From positions 4,159 through 68,158 of the IMG/VR virus record IMGVR_UViG_3300005615_000002: a stretch of 64,000 bases of DNA; one strand, written 5' to 3'. Shown here piece by piece: positions 18,037-28,499 of this stretch (positions are counted from its first letter, which is position 1; each line of letters begins with the position of its first letter). This DNA is from a virus (lineage: Duplodnaviria > Caudoviricetes). The translations under genes and the position numbers were made by a program. The notes under the pieces are model-generated. The model saw only the letters and a program-made list of their open reading frames with translations. It did not search any database and had not been told where the DNA came from.

Positions 18037-20240
18037 TATTTCTTACCAATTCCAGATGGATTACCTGGATCTGCTGTAATACGGCCATTGCGCCATAGTA
18101 AAAATAACGCATCTTGTTTACTCATACCAGGATGTTTAGCTACTACAGCATTTACCATACCATTCATATAGCTATCCCAATAGAGGTTAGACATTAACTC
18201 TTTTTCTCTAATATAAGGTATTTTATCTCCCCAACGCGCACTTTCTAGGGTATATAGACCATCTGCCATGTTCCTATCTAGCGAACTAAGATGGCCCAAA
18301 ATTAGAGGCAAATCCATTCCAGGGTTTAACAGACTGGACTTCAAGAATGAATAAGTTTTAGCCACACCCTGAACTCCACCAATGACGTTTCTAACATCAG
18401 CAAAGTTAAAAAGTCGTGATGTAGTAATGAGATCTGCCGCTTTAGCCGCAATTACATCCTGATTTTTGAGCAATGTGTGTGCTAATTCCGGACGTTCCTG
18501 GGCTAGTTTATTAACCAAATCCTTGCCGAATCTGGTATCTGGAGTAAAATCTACGGCTTGTGTATCTGGACCGCCACTACCACTAAATGGAGGGAAAGCA
18601 CTTATTCCCTTAGCATATCCTACTCTATTCATCATATCAATCCAACGCCCTGCTACCATGCCAACTAAAGCGCCGTTAGTATCAGTTAAAATGTTTTTAA
18701 TATTCAAAGCGGCATGCATACCATTGACAATAGCTCCACGTTGTTTGTCAAAGTCCGCGTACTTGAGTTCCTTGACCGGTGTGGGTGCTCCAGAAAGCCC
18801 ACGTTTCTGGAACTCTCTATCCCACATTTCTTTACGTGGACCTGTAGAATCAAAGGCTTCAGGATGCTTTACATAATTAGCAATAGATCTATCCGTGGGA
18901 TCAAGAGAATTTTCTAACTTCTCTAGATTAAATTCTCCATTGGGTGCCCGTTGATATGCTTGAGAAGGTTTAGGTGTAGAAACTCTGCTAGTTGGTGGCC
19001 CTCCTAAGCCTGTAGGGTGCTGTACACCTTTAGGAAGTATACTAGGTGTACCAGGAGGGGGTGGTATATTAGAAACTCTGGGTAATGCAGAGCTACCACC
19101 AGAAAATACTTTGCTGGTAGTTTCGGATTTAACTGTACCACCGCCAGGAGTTGGAGTAGTACTTACGCTACTAGACGTGCCTGTTTGAATCGGCATCTGG
19201 CCCTCTAACTTAATAGGACCTTTGGCTGTAATAGCCCAAATAGAGCCATCTTTAGCAGTTTCAATACGTGGATTTTCATCAACTGGCTGAACTTCTACTT
19301 CTTGTCCAGGTCCGGTTCTAATCCAGGTTGATCCATCTCTCCAACTTTGCATAGCAGGAGATATGAAGTATTTACCTTGATTATCTTGAAATAGTCCACG
19401 CGCAATTGGACGCCATTGAGTAACCGGAGCATTAAGCCCAGACATACGTGCAATGGCGGCAAACTGTTCAGAGCCAGTGGGAGAACGTCTATCTAACCCA
19501 GTTTGTTGAGAAAACATAGAAGACATTAATTGCATCTTATACTGCATCTCAAGCCGCTGTTTTACAACATCTGGAATTACTCCCATGGCCATCTTACCCA
19601 TAGGAGTAGGAATCCCCATACTGCCATACAATGGTTGCCCACCAGATAATGACGTCAACATATCTGGAATAGAGGCAGACGTCATGTTTGGAGCCCCACC
19701 ACCAATATTAGGTAAGGATGTATTTGGAGGCACATTTGGGGCCTGCTGTGGAGCTGTCATTGCTGTAGTACCCTGTGATGGCCCCTGCGACGCAATAGGA
19801 GCCCTCTCTTCCTCTTCAGAGCCTCCGAGGGAGGTAGGTATACCTGAAAGACTAGAAGCGCCCTGTGAGCCTGCTGTAGCCTGTTGTGGGGGTTGGGTGG
19901 GTTGTGAGGGTTGAGTACCAAACTGCTGAGAATGGTAATCAGATACTTTTTTCTGGGTAGATTGTTCTATAAGATCATGTAATCCTGATTTTTCACCCTT
20001 GATTAGTTGTTTATAGCCTTTAGGATCTAAAATTGGATTAGCAGATGCCCAGCCTTTAGCTCTATTTAATAGTTCTCCTGCAATGTCCTGATCCCCACCG
20101 CTTTGAAGTATGGTATCAGCCAAATGACCGTAAAGCTGTGCCATAGTGTGGGATTTTTCATTAACAAAATCCAACATTTTCTGATTATACTGGCCCTGAG
20201 CTTCCCCAAAACCACTAGCTAATCCACCAAAAAAACCCAT
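18036..20240 (-). CDS. Internal virion/ejection protein
   Basis: 734 aa, Gly/Gln/Pro-rich, starts MGFFGGLASGFG; position typical of podoviral ejection genes. Confidence 0.6.
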   Translation of the reverse strand: MGFFGGLASGFGEAQGQYNQKMLDFVNEKSHTMAQLYGHLADTILQSGGDQDIAGELLNRAKGWASANPILDPKGYKQLIKGEKSGLHDLIEQSTQKKVSDYHSQQFGTQPSQPTQPPQQATAGSQGASSLSGIPTSLGGSEEEERAPIASQGPSQGTTAMTAPQQAPNVPPNTSLPNIGGGAPNMTSASIPDMLTSLSGGQPLYGSMGIPTPMGKMAMGVIPDVVKQRLEMQYKMQLMSSMFSQQTGLDRRSPTGSEQFAAIARMSGLNAPVTQWRPIARGLFQDNQGKYFISPAMQSWRDGSTWIRTGPGQEVEVQPVDENPRIETAKDGSIWAITAKGPIKLEGQMPIQTGTSSSVSTTPTPGGGTVKSETTSKVFSGGSSALPRVSNIPPPPGTPSILPKGVQHPTGLGGPPTSRVSTPKPSQAYQRAPNGEFNLEKLENSLDPTDRSIANYVKHPEAFDSTGPRKEMWDREFQKRGLSGAPTPVKELKYADFDKQRGAIVNGMHAALNIKNILTDTNGALVGMVAGRWIDMMNRVGYAKGISAFPPFSGSGGPDTQAVDFTPDTRFGKDLVNKLAQERPELAHTLLKNQDVIAAKAADLITTSRLFNFADVRNVIGGVQGVAKTYSFLKSSLLNPGMDLPLILGHLSSLDRNMADGLYTLESARWGDKIPYIREKELMSNLYWDSYMNGMVNAVVAKHPGMSKQDALFLLWRNGRITADPGNPSGIGKK

Positions 20241-20923
20241 TAGGTGTAGCTCCCATCACCTGTGTTTCCGTAAAACCCCTGCCATGAATCATAACCAGGG
20301 TTGTATGAACCAGTTCCCATACCTCCATACCAACCACTGTTGTCAGGCTGCTGAGTAGCCTTATTAAGTAGGTATGCTTGGTATATATTAAATAGACCAC
20401 TACCCAAACCAGCACCTTGTTGATATTGCTGTTGGTTAGCAGCTAGTCCCTGATTAAATATATTCCCATAAATACCAGCACCAAGACCTTGAGATTGTAG
20501 ACCTAGACCACTTAATTGGGGACCAAGACTACTAAGGGCACTAGCCGCCATTGGGCGCCCCTGTTGAATGACATTTTCCTGGGCCTGACGCTCTTGCTGC
20601 CCAATATTGGCTGCCTGAGATGGACCAAATCTACCACCACGAGGCCCAGCATTCTGAGCACTAGCAACACTACCAGCATACATATTAGAAATACGGTTTT
20701 GTTCTGGTGCAGTAGCTTCTCTAGGATTAGCCAACATAGAAGTATAGTAGCTAAGAGCCGGAGCTATAGCTTGCCGCCCTTGTCCTAGAAACTCTTTACC
20801 TTCCTGTTGACCTTGTTCTGCTGTACTAAGCTGCTGATTTACAAGCTTTTTCTGTAACTGGCCCTGCTTATGTTGTTCATAAGCGCCATATAACGCAACA
20901 GCAATAGGAACGGCAGCAGCCAT
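20240..20923 (-). CDS. Pilot/DNA-transfer (ejection) protein
   Basis: 227 aa Gly/Ala/Gln-rich with hydrophobic N-terminus; position after the GNAT-like gene. Confidence 0.6.
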   Translation of the reverse strand: MAAAVPIAVALYGAYEQHKQGQLQKKLVNQQLSTAEQGQQEGKEFLGQGRQAIAPALSYYTSMLANPREATAPEQNRISNMYAGSVASAQNAGPRGGRFGPSQAANIGQQERQAQENVIQQGRPMAASALSSLGPQLSGLGLQSQGLGAGIYGNIFNQGLAANQQQYQQGAGLGSGLFNIYQAYLLNKATQQPDNSGWYGGMGTGSYNPGYDSWQGFYGNTGDGSYT

Positions 20924-20959
20924 AGTTAATAATCCTCAATAATTAGTTACTATTATACA

Positions 20960-21325
20960 TTATGGAATCTTATTAGAATAAAGAACTCCAACTTGTTTAA
21001 AACCATTAGCTTCAAGAATATCACCAAGTCTAGGATCTGGCACAGTTATATAATATTGCATACCAGAAACTTCCTTAAAACCATCAAATAGTGTATTCTG
21101 TAGTTTATGTAGACTTACAGAGCCTGTATAAGCTGGATCTATGCCTACAGGTTCGGCGTGGGCACACATTTGAAGGAACCAGAATGCTACAACCTTATCA
21201 TCTTCCTTAGCTACGGCGGCAGATGAGACTTCCGGGCCTGGGAATATTACATCTGGAAATAGTTCTGTATATAATGGTCTGAGAGATTCCCACTCTGAAA
21301 TTGGCAACATTTCATATGTAATCAT
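20960..21325 (-). CDS. GNAT-fold-like virion assembly protein
   Basis: VAKEDDKVVAF..HAEP..LEANGFKQ pattern; lies between tail and ejection genes. Confidence 0.5.
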   Translation of the reverse strand: MITYEMLPISEWESLRPLYTELFPDVIFPGPEVSSAAVAKEDDKVVAFWFLQMCAHAEPVGIDPAYTGSVSLHKLQNTLFDGFKEVSGMQYYITVPDPRLGDILEANGFKQVGVLYSNKIP

Positions 21326-21341
21326 AAGGATTTATTATACC

Positions 21342-22322
21342 TTACCACGTTTTCCATATACTTCCTGTCCATGTAACTCTAGAAACTCCATAATTGGTAT
21401 TTATTACAAGTGTAGCAGCCCCATCTATATTATTACCATTACCATTAACTGTGATATTATTTGCTGCACCTTGTCCTAACACATCTAATACAACATAAGA
21501 ATCAAATAAGGCTGGGCTAGCAGGCAATTTAACAGTGGTAGCTCCTACATGCGTAACTCCTACAAAGAAGCCTGTTCCTGTTATGGTATAAGTGGCAGTA
21601 CTAGCAACCTCTGCTGATAACCGTAAAGCATTTGTTACTGATAATTTGGATAGAATATCCGTTTGTCCACTATTTTCTATACGTAAATATGGAGTAGCAG
21701 CAATACTTAAAGTAATTGTAGCGCCAGTACCATCAGAGTTGAGGTTGGTTACATTGCTACCATCTAGTTGTAGGATATTTCTAGTTGTCCCACCAGCATC
21801 TTTAGCTTGTAATGCAATAGCATTATTTAGTATCTGTACTACAGTAAAAGTCTTAGTTCCAGTAACATTTTGAGCTGTATCCGTGGTCATCATATTAGAA
21901 AATGATCCACCGCTACCTAGTCCGCTAACTAATTTAATTAGAGTATTGGGATTTCCACCAACAACAGTATATAGATCATAAGCAGATCCATTTTGAACTA
22001 ATATAGCTTGTGTATCTCTTATACTCTGTAATAGTAAGCCGGTCGGTGTAGTAGGAAATCTAACCAAACCAGCTAATTGTGGGTCACCTAATACTCCTCT
22101 AAGAGCTGTCACGTTAAGTGGTTTAGAGCCAGTAGCTTGAAGAGAATCACGTATAATAGATAGATTAAAGTTAGAAGCTAATTGTTTTATTTGATCTACA
22201 GCTTTTGATAATCTGGTATTTACAGAGGAAATATTATCAGCTATTACTCTAAGTACACGTACTAATAGTATAGGATTCTTAGTATCTTCTACTGTAACTA
22301 CTACAGGTTGGAGGTCTGGCAT
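21342..22322 (-). CDS. Tail fibre-like protein
   Basis: Thr/Gly-rich beta repeats, AQNVTGTKTF motif, C-terminal TVKLPASP..NITVNGNGNNIDG..W domain. Confidence 0.65.
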   Translation of the reverse strand: MPDLQPVVVTVEDTKNPILLVRVLRVIADNISSVNTRLSKAVDQIKQLASNFNLSIIRDSLQATGSKPLNVTALRGVLGDPQLAGLVRFPTTPTGLLLQSIRDTQAILVQNGSAYDLYTVVGGNPNTLIKLVSGLGSGGSFSNMMTTDTAQNVTGTKTFTVVQILNNAIALQAKDAGGTTRNILQLDGSNVTNLNSDGTGATITLSIAATPYLRIENSGQTDILSKLSVTNALRLSAEVASTATYTITGTGFFVGVTHVGATTVKLPASPALFDSYVVLDVLGQGAANNITVNGNGNNIDGAATLVINTNYGVSRVTWTGSIWKTW

Positions 22323-22323
22323 A

Positions 22324-25300
22324 TTAAATCTGGGCTAACCCATCTCCTGAATCGGCACCCCAACCTGTCCACCGTGCAAACTGCTCTGCCGAAGCCCAAG
22401 GCTTGACTAGCACGCCACAATGCCGTTGATATATCCTAAAGGGAATATTAGAAGCCTGGGTAATTTTAAACTTATAAGTTTTTCCCTTAATGAAACTAGC
22501 AGGTCCCAATAGTAAATAAAACTCTTTGCCACGGACTCCAGCCGAACTAGGAATGGTATAAGACTGAGAAGTATTATCATCCATTCTAGTTATAGTGAGT
22601 GTTAGATTTGCGGTAGAAGTATGGGTTATCCATATTGCCTTCATATGAATGAACCCAACATGCCCAAATGATGTCTGTTGAGTATCCCAAACTGTGACAA
22701 GTGGGGGTTCTGGCTCCCATACCCATCTCCACTTGAATAACTTCCAGAAATTAGAATCCGTTGGCAGCATCCGTACCATATGGGCTACAAAACCACTAGT
22801 AAATGAATAAGGCTTTTGAAGACGTCCATTGTGTTGTACTACTACTGTATCTTGAAGAGTTCCGCCATCTGATTGGATTTGTATAGTACGCGGCTGATTT
22901 AAAGTATCTGCTTCAATTTCTATACCTTGGTAGAACTTCTCTCCCTCATAATTAGAATCATCATATTGTATTGCTCTCAAAAAACTATTCTCTGGACGAG
23001 AGGTAAACGATGGCTCTATTAAATATAAAAGTGAGTCTGTCGTAGTACCAGCAAGGTCTACTGCCAGATTTCTACCTTCTGCGCCATTACCAGAATTAAT
23101 ATCAAAAACTGTTTGATTCCGTCCAGCACCCGAAATATTAGCTGGAGTAAGAGTTAGAGTAGATCCATAATTATTAATACCAGCATTTACTGCTATCGTA
23201 CCAGTACCAGGGTTTACATCACATATGAAATCCCCCCAAAGTTTATCTGCACGACGATCTCCCGCATCATATGATCCTTGTCTAAAATGCCATGAAACAG
23301 CAGTTCCATTATCAGTTGTACCGCCGTAACTATATAAAATACCAGAAGTTGTATCAGCACCACCTAATAGCAGGCTGTGTACACCATCTCCTTCTTCTCC
23401 ATAATGACAAATAATTCCTGTATTGGTTCCACCAGGATTATATACATCAGGAAACCATCCAGATTGTGGAACATTTGGCGACGCAAAATTACCTATAGCA
23501 TAGACTAAACATCTCAATCTATTATTAGTATCTGGGTAATTAAAATATAAATAATTATCATAATATGCCATGCGGAAAAAGATGGAGGCATCACTAGTTA
23601 ATCCAGATACTGTTATATTTCCAGTAGTCATATTAGGTGGGAAAAATCCATTTGTTTGTACTCCCAGTTTACCTTCTCTAGGGAATAATGGAAACAGGGT
23701 ATCAAATGTCATGGACCGGCATACTCCACCATCTGTTTCATAAATACCATCTTTGGACAAGAACCAAATATGTGGACCGACAGCGAAACTCCAACGATAC
23801 ATTAGTCCTTTGCCAGTTGGTACATCCCGAGATATAAATGCACCAGGAGAAATTTCTATAATCTCTAGCATTCTCTCTGGAGTAAATACATAACAACGAC
23901 CATTATAAACACAGCCGTTTTGTAGAGGTTCAGATGGGCCAGTAACTTCTAACCAGTTAGTATCTTGTGTACCATCCGGATTATTTTGGTTGGTCCAATA
24001 TAATCTTCCAGGATTTATAGAATCTCCACAACCAAAGAACCAGCCATTAAATGGTCCCCAAAAGCATGGTAGTGGTTGGGAAGCTATAAAAGGCTCAGCT
24101 ATCTCCCATGTGGAGTTAGTCAATGCACCAAGACAATCTTCAACCTCCAACACGGACGTAGATAATACTCGTCGTAGTGATGTATAGAAAGACCCAACCT
24201 TTATTGGAGTACCTTTAGCCCAGTTTACATTAAAATTTGTGCCTGAGTCTTTTAACATAGTACCTGCGACCGTACTAGCTGTTCCAGTAGCAGGTTTTTG
24301 TGGAATTAGCCATGGTTGATAATATTGGTCTATTTGTTCTGAAGAAGATGTAGTGCCTCTAGCATAATCATCATCAGATGTATCAGAATAACCTGCCCCA
24401 GTAGCACCTGTACCAATGTTAGCCCAATCTGTAACTAATCCACCCAGTCTTTGTACATCAATTTTATCTACCTCTGGGCAATTAGATGGAGCAGATAATC
24501 CAGATACAGTAATGCCATTTCTAAAAACTACAACACCATCTCTAGTAGCTGGGCTCCAATTGGATAATGCCCCTGTAGTTGAGCAACGCCATCTATATCT
24601 AAATATATAAGGAGCACCAATATCGCCAATATCTAATGATCCTCCACCAAATTGATTTAAAGAAGAGAACTCCATTACTGTACTAACAGCTCCAGTTATT
24701 AAGGTAATCTCAAATTTAATTGCCTGTACAGACTGCCATCCTTTAGACCAATCAGTTCCAACTCTAGTAAAATCCCCCTTTCTACAACGTATTTCGGACC
24801 ACTGATTATCTCCCGTACCTGTTTGATCTCGTGGACTACCAGAATTTTTATCTGTAGGTGCATCATCAGGGTTATCAAAGGCTGGACCCGAAAAGTCAGA
24901 CGAATTTCTACCAGGACCAATATTAGAATCATCTCCAGGGGCAGAAATACTGAATTGTGGTGGACGTTTGGTAATAATTCTATTTTGAACTTGAGTATTA
25001 GTTCCACCAAGAATAGTCTGACTTCCTTTAGCAATAGCTACTAAATCAGAAGGCGTGAAAGCCCTATAATAACAATTCTTGGCAAAACTCTTGTCATCTA
25101 CATCAAATATCAAACGTCCCTGTACTATTTGCGATAGATCAGCACATTTAAAAGAATAGTGAATATAATCTAATTCATTAATACCATTAGTACCATCTCC
25201 TTGACTCATATCTAAAGGAGAACCAGGAGTATAAACTATACCACCAATTAGGGTTCCACCCGATGGAGCAAAAGTTGATACAATTGAATCTGAACTAAGA

Positions 25301-26433
25301 GTATCAGTACTCAAGGCTCCTGAAACGTCGTAAGCTCTGAAAGAACTAGCAATCGTTAGACTCTGACCAGCAGAAATAGTTGTAGCGCCAGTATTAATCT
25401 TAAAAGCTACAATAGTATTGTTTGGGCTACTTATGACTTCTGTTATTCTATAATAATTAGTTCCATTTATTAATACTACTGCATTTCTTTTGATTTCTGG
25501 TACTGAGGCAGATGGTGCAACAGTACAACTTCCAGTGTTAGTTGGGTTGTTGTCATAAATAACTTTAGAAACTGTATTTCCAGAAATAGCACCGGCTCTA
25601 TAAACCTCATAAACCATCATATAATATGTAGACAAGCCTTGGGTACCTACTAAAATGGTTCCAGGCCCAATGTTGGCCATAGTGCTTGGTACGATGGATA
25701 GCCACCCTGTTGAGCCACTGTCATGTAGTAGTGAGGTAATGGTAATAGCAGTAATTCTAGTAGTATGTGATACTGCACCAGCTACACCACTAGAATCAGG
25801 AGCCCAACCAGTGGTAGAAGTCATGATCCCACCACCTATAGAATTAGCAATAGATATTCCTAAGAGGCCAGGAGCACTTAATTCTACGATTGGAGGACTG
25901 GTAGGGGCAGGTAGACCAGCCTGATGCACTAATGTAGATGAGCCATCATAGGTAAGCTTTATCATGCTTAAAGCATTACCACCCGCAGAAATACTTGAAT
26001 CAGCCACATACATCCAGCTAACGGGACTTTGTGATGGGCGCCAAGGAGACATGGCAAGTGGATTACCAGACATTACTAGATTAGAACTATTGTATTGTGT
26101 CTGTACAAAAGACGTTTGACCATTAGCCAAAGCATTGCCAACACCTATAATTCTAGTATATGTATTATTAAGCTTATTATTAAGTCTTCTAATACTATGT
26201 ACTGGGGTCTTACCGGAAACTACATTAGCTGCAACTTGAGTAATACCCTGCCGAGGTTGTATAATACCGTCTGTATAAGATCTTAAATTTTCTAATATCG
26301 GGTAGTGTCCATCTTTGACATTATCTATTGGAGAATTTAAATCAATACCACGGCAGTATAGACGTTGAGTCTCTCTTGTATATCTAAGAGGAACACCTTC
26401 GAGGGACTGAGTTACCTGACCTTGCCGTGGCAT
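22324..26433 (-). CDS. Tail nozzle / stabilisation protein (P22 gp10 / T7 gp12-like position)
   Basis: 1369 aa beta-rich; GIDL..P, LENLR, RLYWT, IWFLSKDGIY propeller-like motifs; follows the adaptor genes. Confidence 0.65.
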   Translation of the reverse strand: MPRQGQVTQSLEGVPLRYTRETQRLYCRGIDLNSPIDNVKDGHYPILENLRSYTDGIIQPRQGITQVAANVVSGKTPVHSIRRLNNKLNNTYTRIIGVGNALANGQTSFVQTQYNSSNLVMSGNPLAMSPWRPSQSPVSWMYVADSSISAGGNALSMIKLTYDGSSTLVHQAGLPAPTSPPIVELSAPGLLGISIANSIGGGIMTSTTGWAPDSSGVAGAVSHTTRITAITITSLLHDSGSTGWLSIVPSTMANIGPGTILVGTQGLSTYYMMVYEVYRAGAISGNTVSKVIYDNNPTNTGSCTVAPSASVPEIKRNAVVLINGTNYYRITEVISSPNNTIVAFKINTGATTISAGQSLTIASSFRAYDVSGALSTDTLSSDSIVSTFAPSGGTLIGGIVYTPGSPLDMSQGDGTNGINELDYIHYSFKCADLSQIVQGRLIFDVDDKSFAKNCYYRAFTPSDLVAIAKGSQTILGGTNTQVQNRIITKRPPQFSISAPGDDSNIGPGRNSSDFSGPAFDNPDDAPTDKNSGSPRDQTGTGDNQWSEIRCRKGDFTRVGTDWSKGWQSVQAIKFEITLITGAVSTVMEFSSLNQFGGGSLDIGDIGAPYIFRYRWRCSTTGALSNWSPATRDGVVVFRNGITVSGLSAPSNCPEVDKIDVQRLGGLVTDWANIGTGATGAGYSDTSDDDYARGTTSSSEQIDQYYQPWLIPQKPATGTASTVAGTMLKDSGTNFNVNWAKGTPIKVGSFYTSLRRVLSTSVLEVEDCLGALTNSTWEIAEPFIASQPLPCFWGPFNGWFFGCGDSINPGRLYWTNQNNPDGTQDTNWLEVTGPSEPLQNGCVYNGRCYVFTPERMLEIIEISPGAFISRDVPTGKGLMYRWSFAVGPHIWFLSKDGIYETDGGVCRSMTFDTLFPLFPREGKLGVQTNGFFPPNMTTGNITVSGLTSDASIFFRMAYYDNYLYFNYPDTNNRLRCLVYAIGNFASPNVPQSGWFPDVYNPGGTNTGIICHYGEEGDGVHSLLLGGADTTSGILYSYGGTTDNGTAVSWHFRQGSYDAGDRRADKLWGDFICDVNPGTGTIAVNAGINNYGSTLTLTPANISGAGRNQTVFDINSGNGAEGRNLAVDLAGTTTDSLLYLIEPSFTSRPENSFLRAIQYDDSNYEGEKFYQGIEIEADTLNQPRTIQIQSDGGTLQDTVVVQHNGRLQKPYSFTSGFVAHMVRMLPTDSNFWKLFKWRWVWEPEPPLVTVWDTQQTSFGHVGFIHMKAIWITHTSTANLTLTITRMDDNTSQSYTIPSSAGVRGKEFYLLLGPASFIKGKTYKFKITQASNIPFRIYQRHCGVLVKPWASAEQFARWTGWGADSGDGLAQI

Positions 26434-27879
26434 TTATTCTCCCATCTGTCCATTATCTGGATTAGTAGGTGCACTTTGGTTAATATTAGAAGATCCTCCA
26501 GACACTGGAGTACCCTGCAATGCCCCTAATCCGCCAGAGACACGATAATTTCTATCTTCTGAATCTGCAGAGGCTTGACCAAGCAGTGCAAGAACATTTG
26601 GATTCATAGCAGTAAGACGCTCGTTATAAGCCAGGGCCGCAGCAAAGAAATTATCCGCACCCTTAAATGTAGATCTAAACTCTTCTCCTCCCATTTTGAA
26701 GGCAGCAAGATGTTCTGCATAATCTAGTACAGCATCTAACTGTTCTCGACCGATTTGTACAAAAGCAGTATCATCAACTGTAGTCTGAGCCAGTATACCA
26801 GCAGGAATTGGAGCCTTACTGACCACATCAAAAGAAATAGAATAAACGTCGTCTGGACATGGAGATACAGCAGTTAAAGTTCTAATAGAAGCTATTGAAT
26901 CCGGAATTCCAATAGAAGTTTGCCATGTTTGATTAAAAGCATCCATATTTGTTAATGAATCTGTATCTAGTGGTACTCCATTTATTTCAGCATTAACCAC
27001 AACTGGAGCTATCTTGATCAACTCTACACCAAGTTGGTAGCGACGTTCACAATAAGCAGATCGTACATGATCTCTGGCAGGACCGTCTTTAGCTAATAGG
27101 TCTGCCATAGCCCCCCATTTTATAGCCCATACATAATCATCTGGAATACCTAAAAGCACCCCAATAGATGGATTCAATACTGCTCCTGTCTGTACTGCAA
27201 CAAGGTCCAAAGTTCCTGGTTGGTTACTAGGAGGAACTAATATAATTTCTGTGGGCCGTGCTGAGGCAGAAGAATATGTGTATACATCCCCTGGAGTGAA
27301 CAATTCATCAGATTGAAAATTACGTTGAGATAATATATCAGTAGGAATGAGCGGATGTATCACCCCACTAGAGTCTAAGAAAGCTAAACGGCGTATTGCA
27401 ATGACCCGATCCGATAAAAATATTTTACTTACTGTTGGGGTAAGAGCTATACCACTAGTTCTTGTTACTACACAACCAGTATCAGCTAATAATTGATCAC
27501 GACGTTTTTGTATAGAGTTGGTTAGATCTGAGAGAGTAAATTGCTCAGACCCAGTCCAGGAATTACCTGTGGAAGGCTCTAGAAAATGGTATTGAATTAG
27601 TCTAACAGTATCTTGATCTTTAACAACGTGATTTAATAAAGGTACACCATCGCCATTTGTTAAAGTTGTAAGATCATAAAAAGGTTGTGAAGCTACAGTG
27701 TTTAAAGTGCCTGAATCTCTCCAGAAACCAGTAAGTACATTCCAAGTTCTAAATGTTTCGATTAGATATAGTCCCAGCTCTCCATCTGTCCAGTATATAT
27801 TACTAGGATCAGATAATTTTAGAGCCAAGGCGGCTTTTAATTGCCCCCAAGTGATGTGTTGATACGGGACTATAGGCAC
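26434..27879 (-). CDS. Head-tail adaptor-like protein
   Basis: LSDPSNIYWTDGELGLYL N-terminal motif and IPDDYVWAIKWGAMADLL motif. Confidence 0.55.
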   Translation of the reverse strand: MPIVPYQHITWGQLKAALALKLSDPSNIYWTDGELGLYLIETFRTWNVLTGFWRDSGTLNTVASQPFYDLTTLTNGDGVPLLNHVVKDQDTVRLIQYHFLEPSTGNSWTGSEQFTLSDLTNSIQKRRDQLLADTGCVVTRTSGIALTPTVSKIFLSDRVIAIRRLAFLDSSGVIHPLIPTDILSQRNFQSDELFTPGDVYTYSSASARPTEIILVPPSNQPGTLDLVAVQTGAVLNPSIGVLLGIPDDYVWAIKWGAMADLLAKDGPARDHVRSAYCERRYQLGVELIKIAPVVVNAEINGVPLDTDSLTNMDAFNQTWQTSIGIPDSIASIRTLTAVSPCPDDVYSISFDVVSKAPIPAGILAQTTVDDTAFVQIGREQLDAVLDYAEHLAAFKMGGEEFRSTFKGADNFFAAALAYNERLTAMNPNVLALLGQASADSEDRNYRVSGGLGALQGTPVSGGSSNINQSAPTNPDNGQMGE

Positions 27880-27898
27880 TTAACACACCAACCCTCAA

Positions 27899-28093
27899 TT
27901 ACTTACGAGTAGGAGCTTCTGGATGATTCTCAAAAAGCTTTTCATCACAAGCAGCAGGACTAGAAGTCCGTTTTGGTAAATCCTGCCCTTTAATAGTCAA
28001 GCCGTTTGACATTCCGCCTAATGTAGGAGTCATAGCAGGATTAGTTTTAAGTGGAGTAAATGTGAAATCAATTAATTTAGTATCTTTGGCCAT
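27899..28093 (-). CDS. Small hypothetical virion-module protein
   Basis: 64 aa ORF in late operon. Confidence 0.55.
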   Translation of the reverse strand: MAKDTKLIDFTFTPLKTNPAMTPTLGGMSNGLTIKGQDLPKRTSSPAACDEKLFENHPEAPTRK

Positions 28094-28102
28094 TTTTAAT
28101 CC

Positions 28103-28312
28103 TTATTTATATAGAACTACTTTACAACCCTTATCTATTTCTATATCAGAGCCCGTGTTTGGTACTGTAGAATAGAGAGTTTCAACAGGATTATCTCCCC
28201 TGTTTCGACTAATGGTTGCTCCACGCACAGAATGAGTCTCATTTCTATCTGGACTATTCGATGGTGATGACACTGGACATATCGCCGGAGTATTCAGTAG
28301 TGAGTTTGCCAT
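28103..28312 (-). CDS. Small hypothetical protein
   Basis: 69 aa ORF in late operon; start uncertain. Confidence 0.4.
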   Translation of the reverse strand: MANSLLNTPAICPVSSPSNSPDRNETHSVRGATISRNRGDNPVETLYSTVPNTGSDIEIDKGCKVVLYK

Positions 28313-28499
28313 GTTCTTGTTTTTCCTTGTCCAAAATGTGCAATAATTTTTGTTTTATGACATCATAATTATCATCTAGAGTAATATCCATTATTAATTC
28401 TCTAGACTCTACTATTTCTTCATTATCACTATTATACCTAAACGGCATACAAGCCACTATATTGTTATCTATTTTTAGATATGTATAAAGTATTACCAT
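28254..28499 (-). CDS. Small hypothetical protein
   Basis: 81 aa ORF coupled to the upstream adaptor stop. Confidence 0.5.
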   Translation of the reverse strand: MVILYTYLKIDNNIVACMPFRYNSDNEEIVESRELIMDITLDDNYDVIKQKLLHILDKEKQEHGKLTTEYSGDMSSVITIE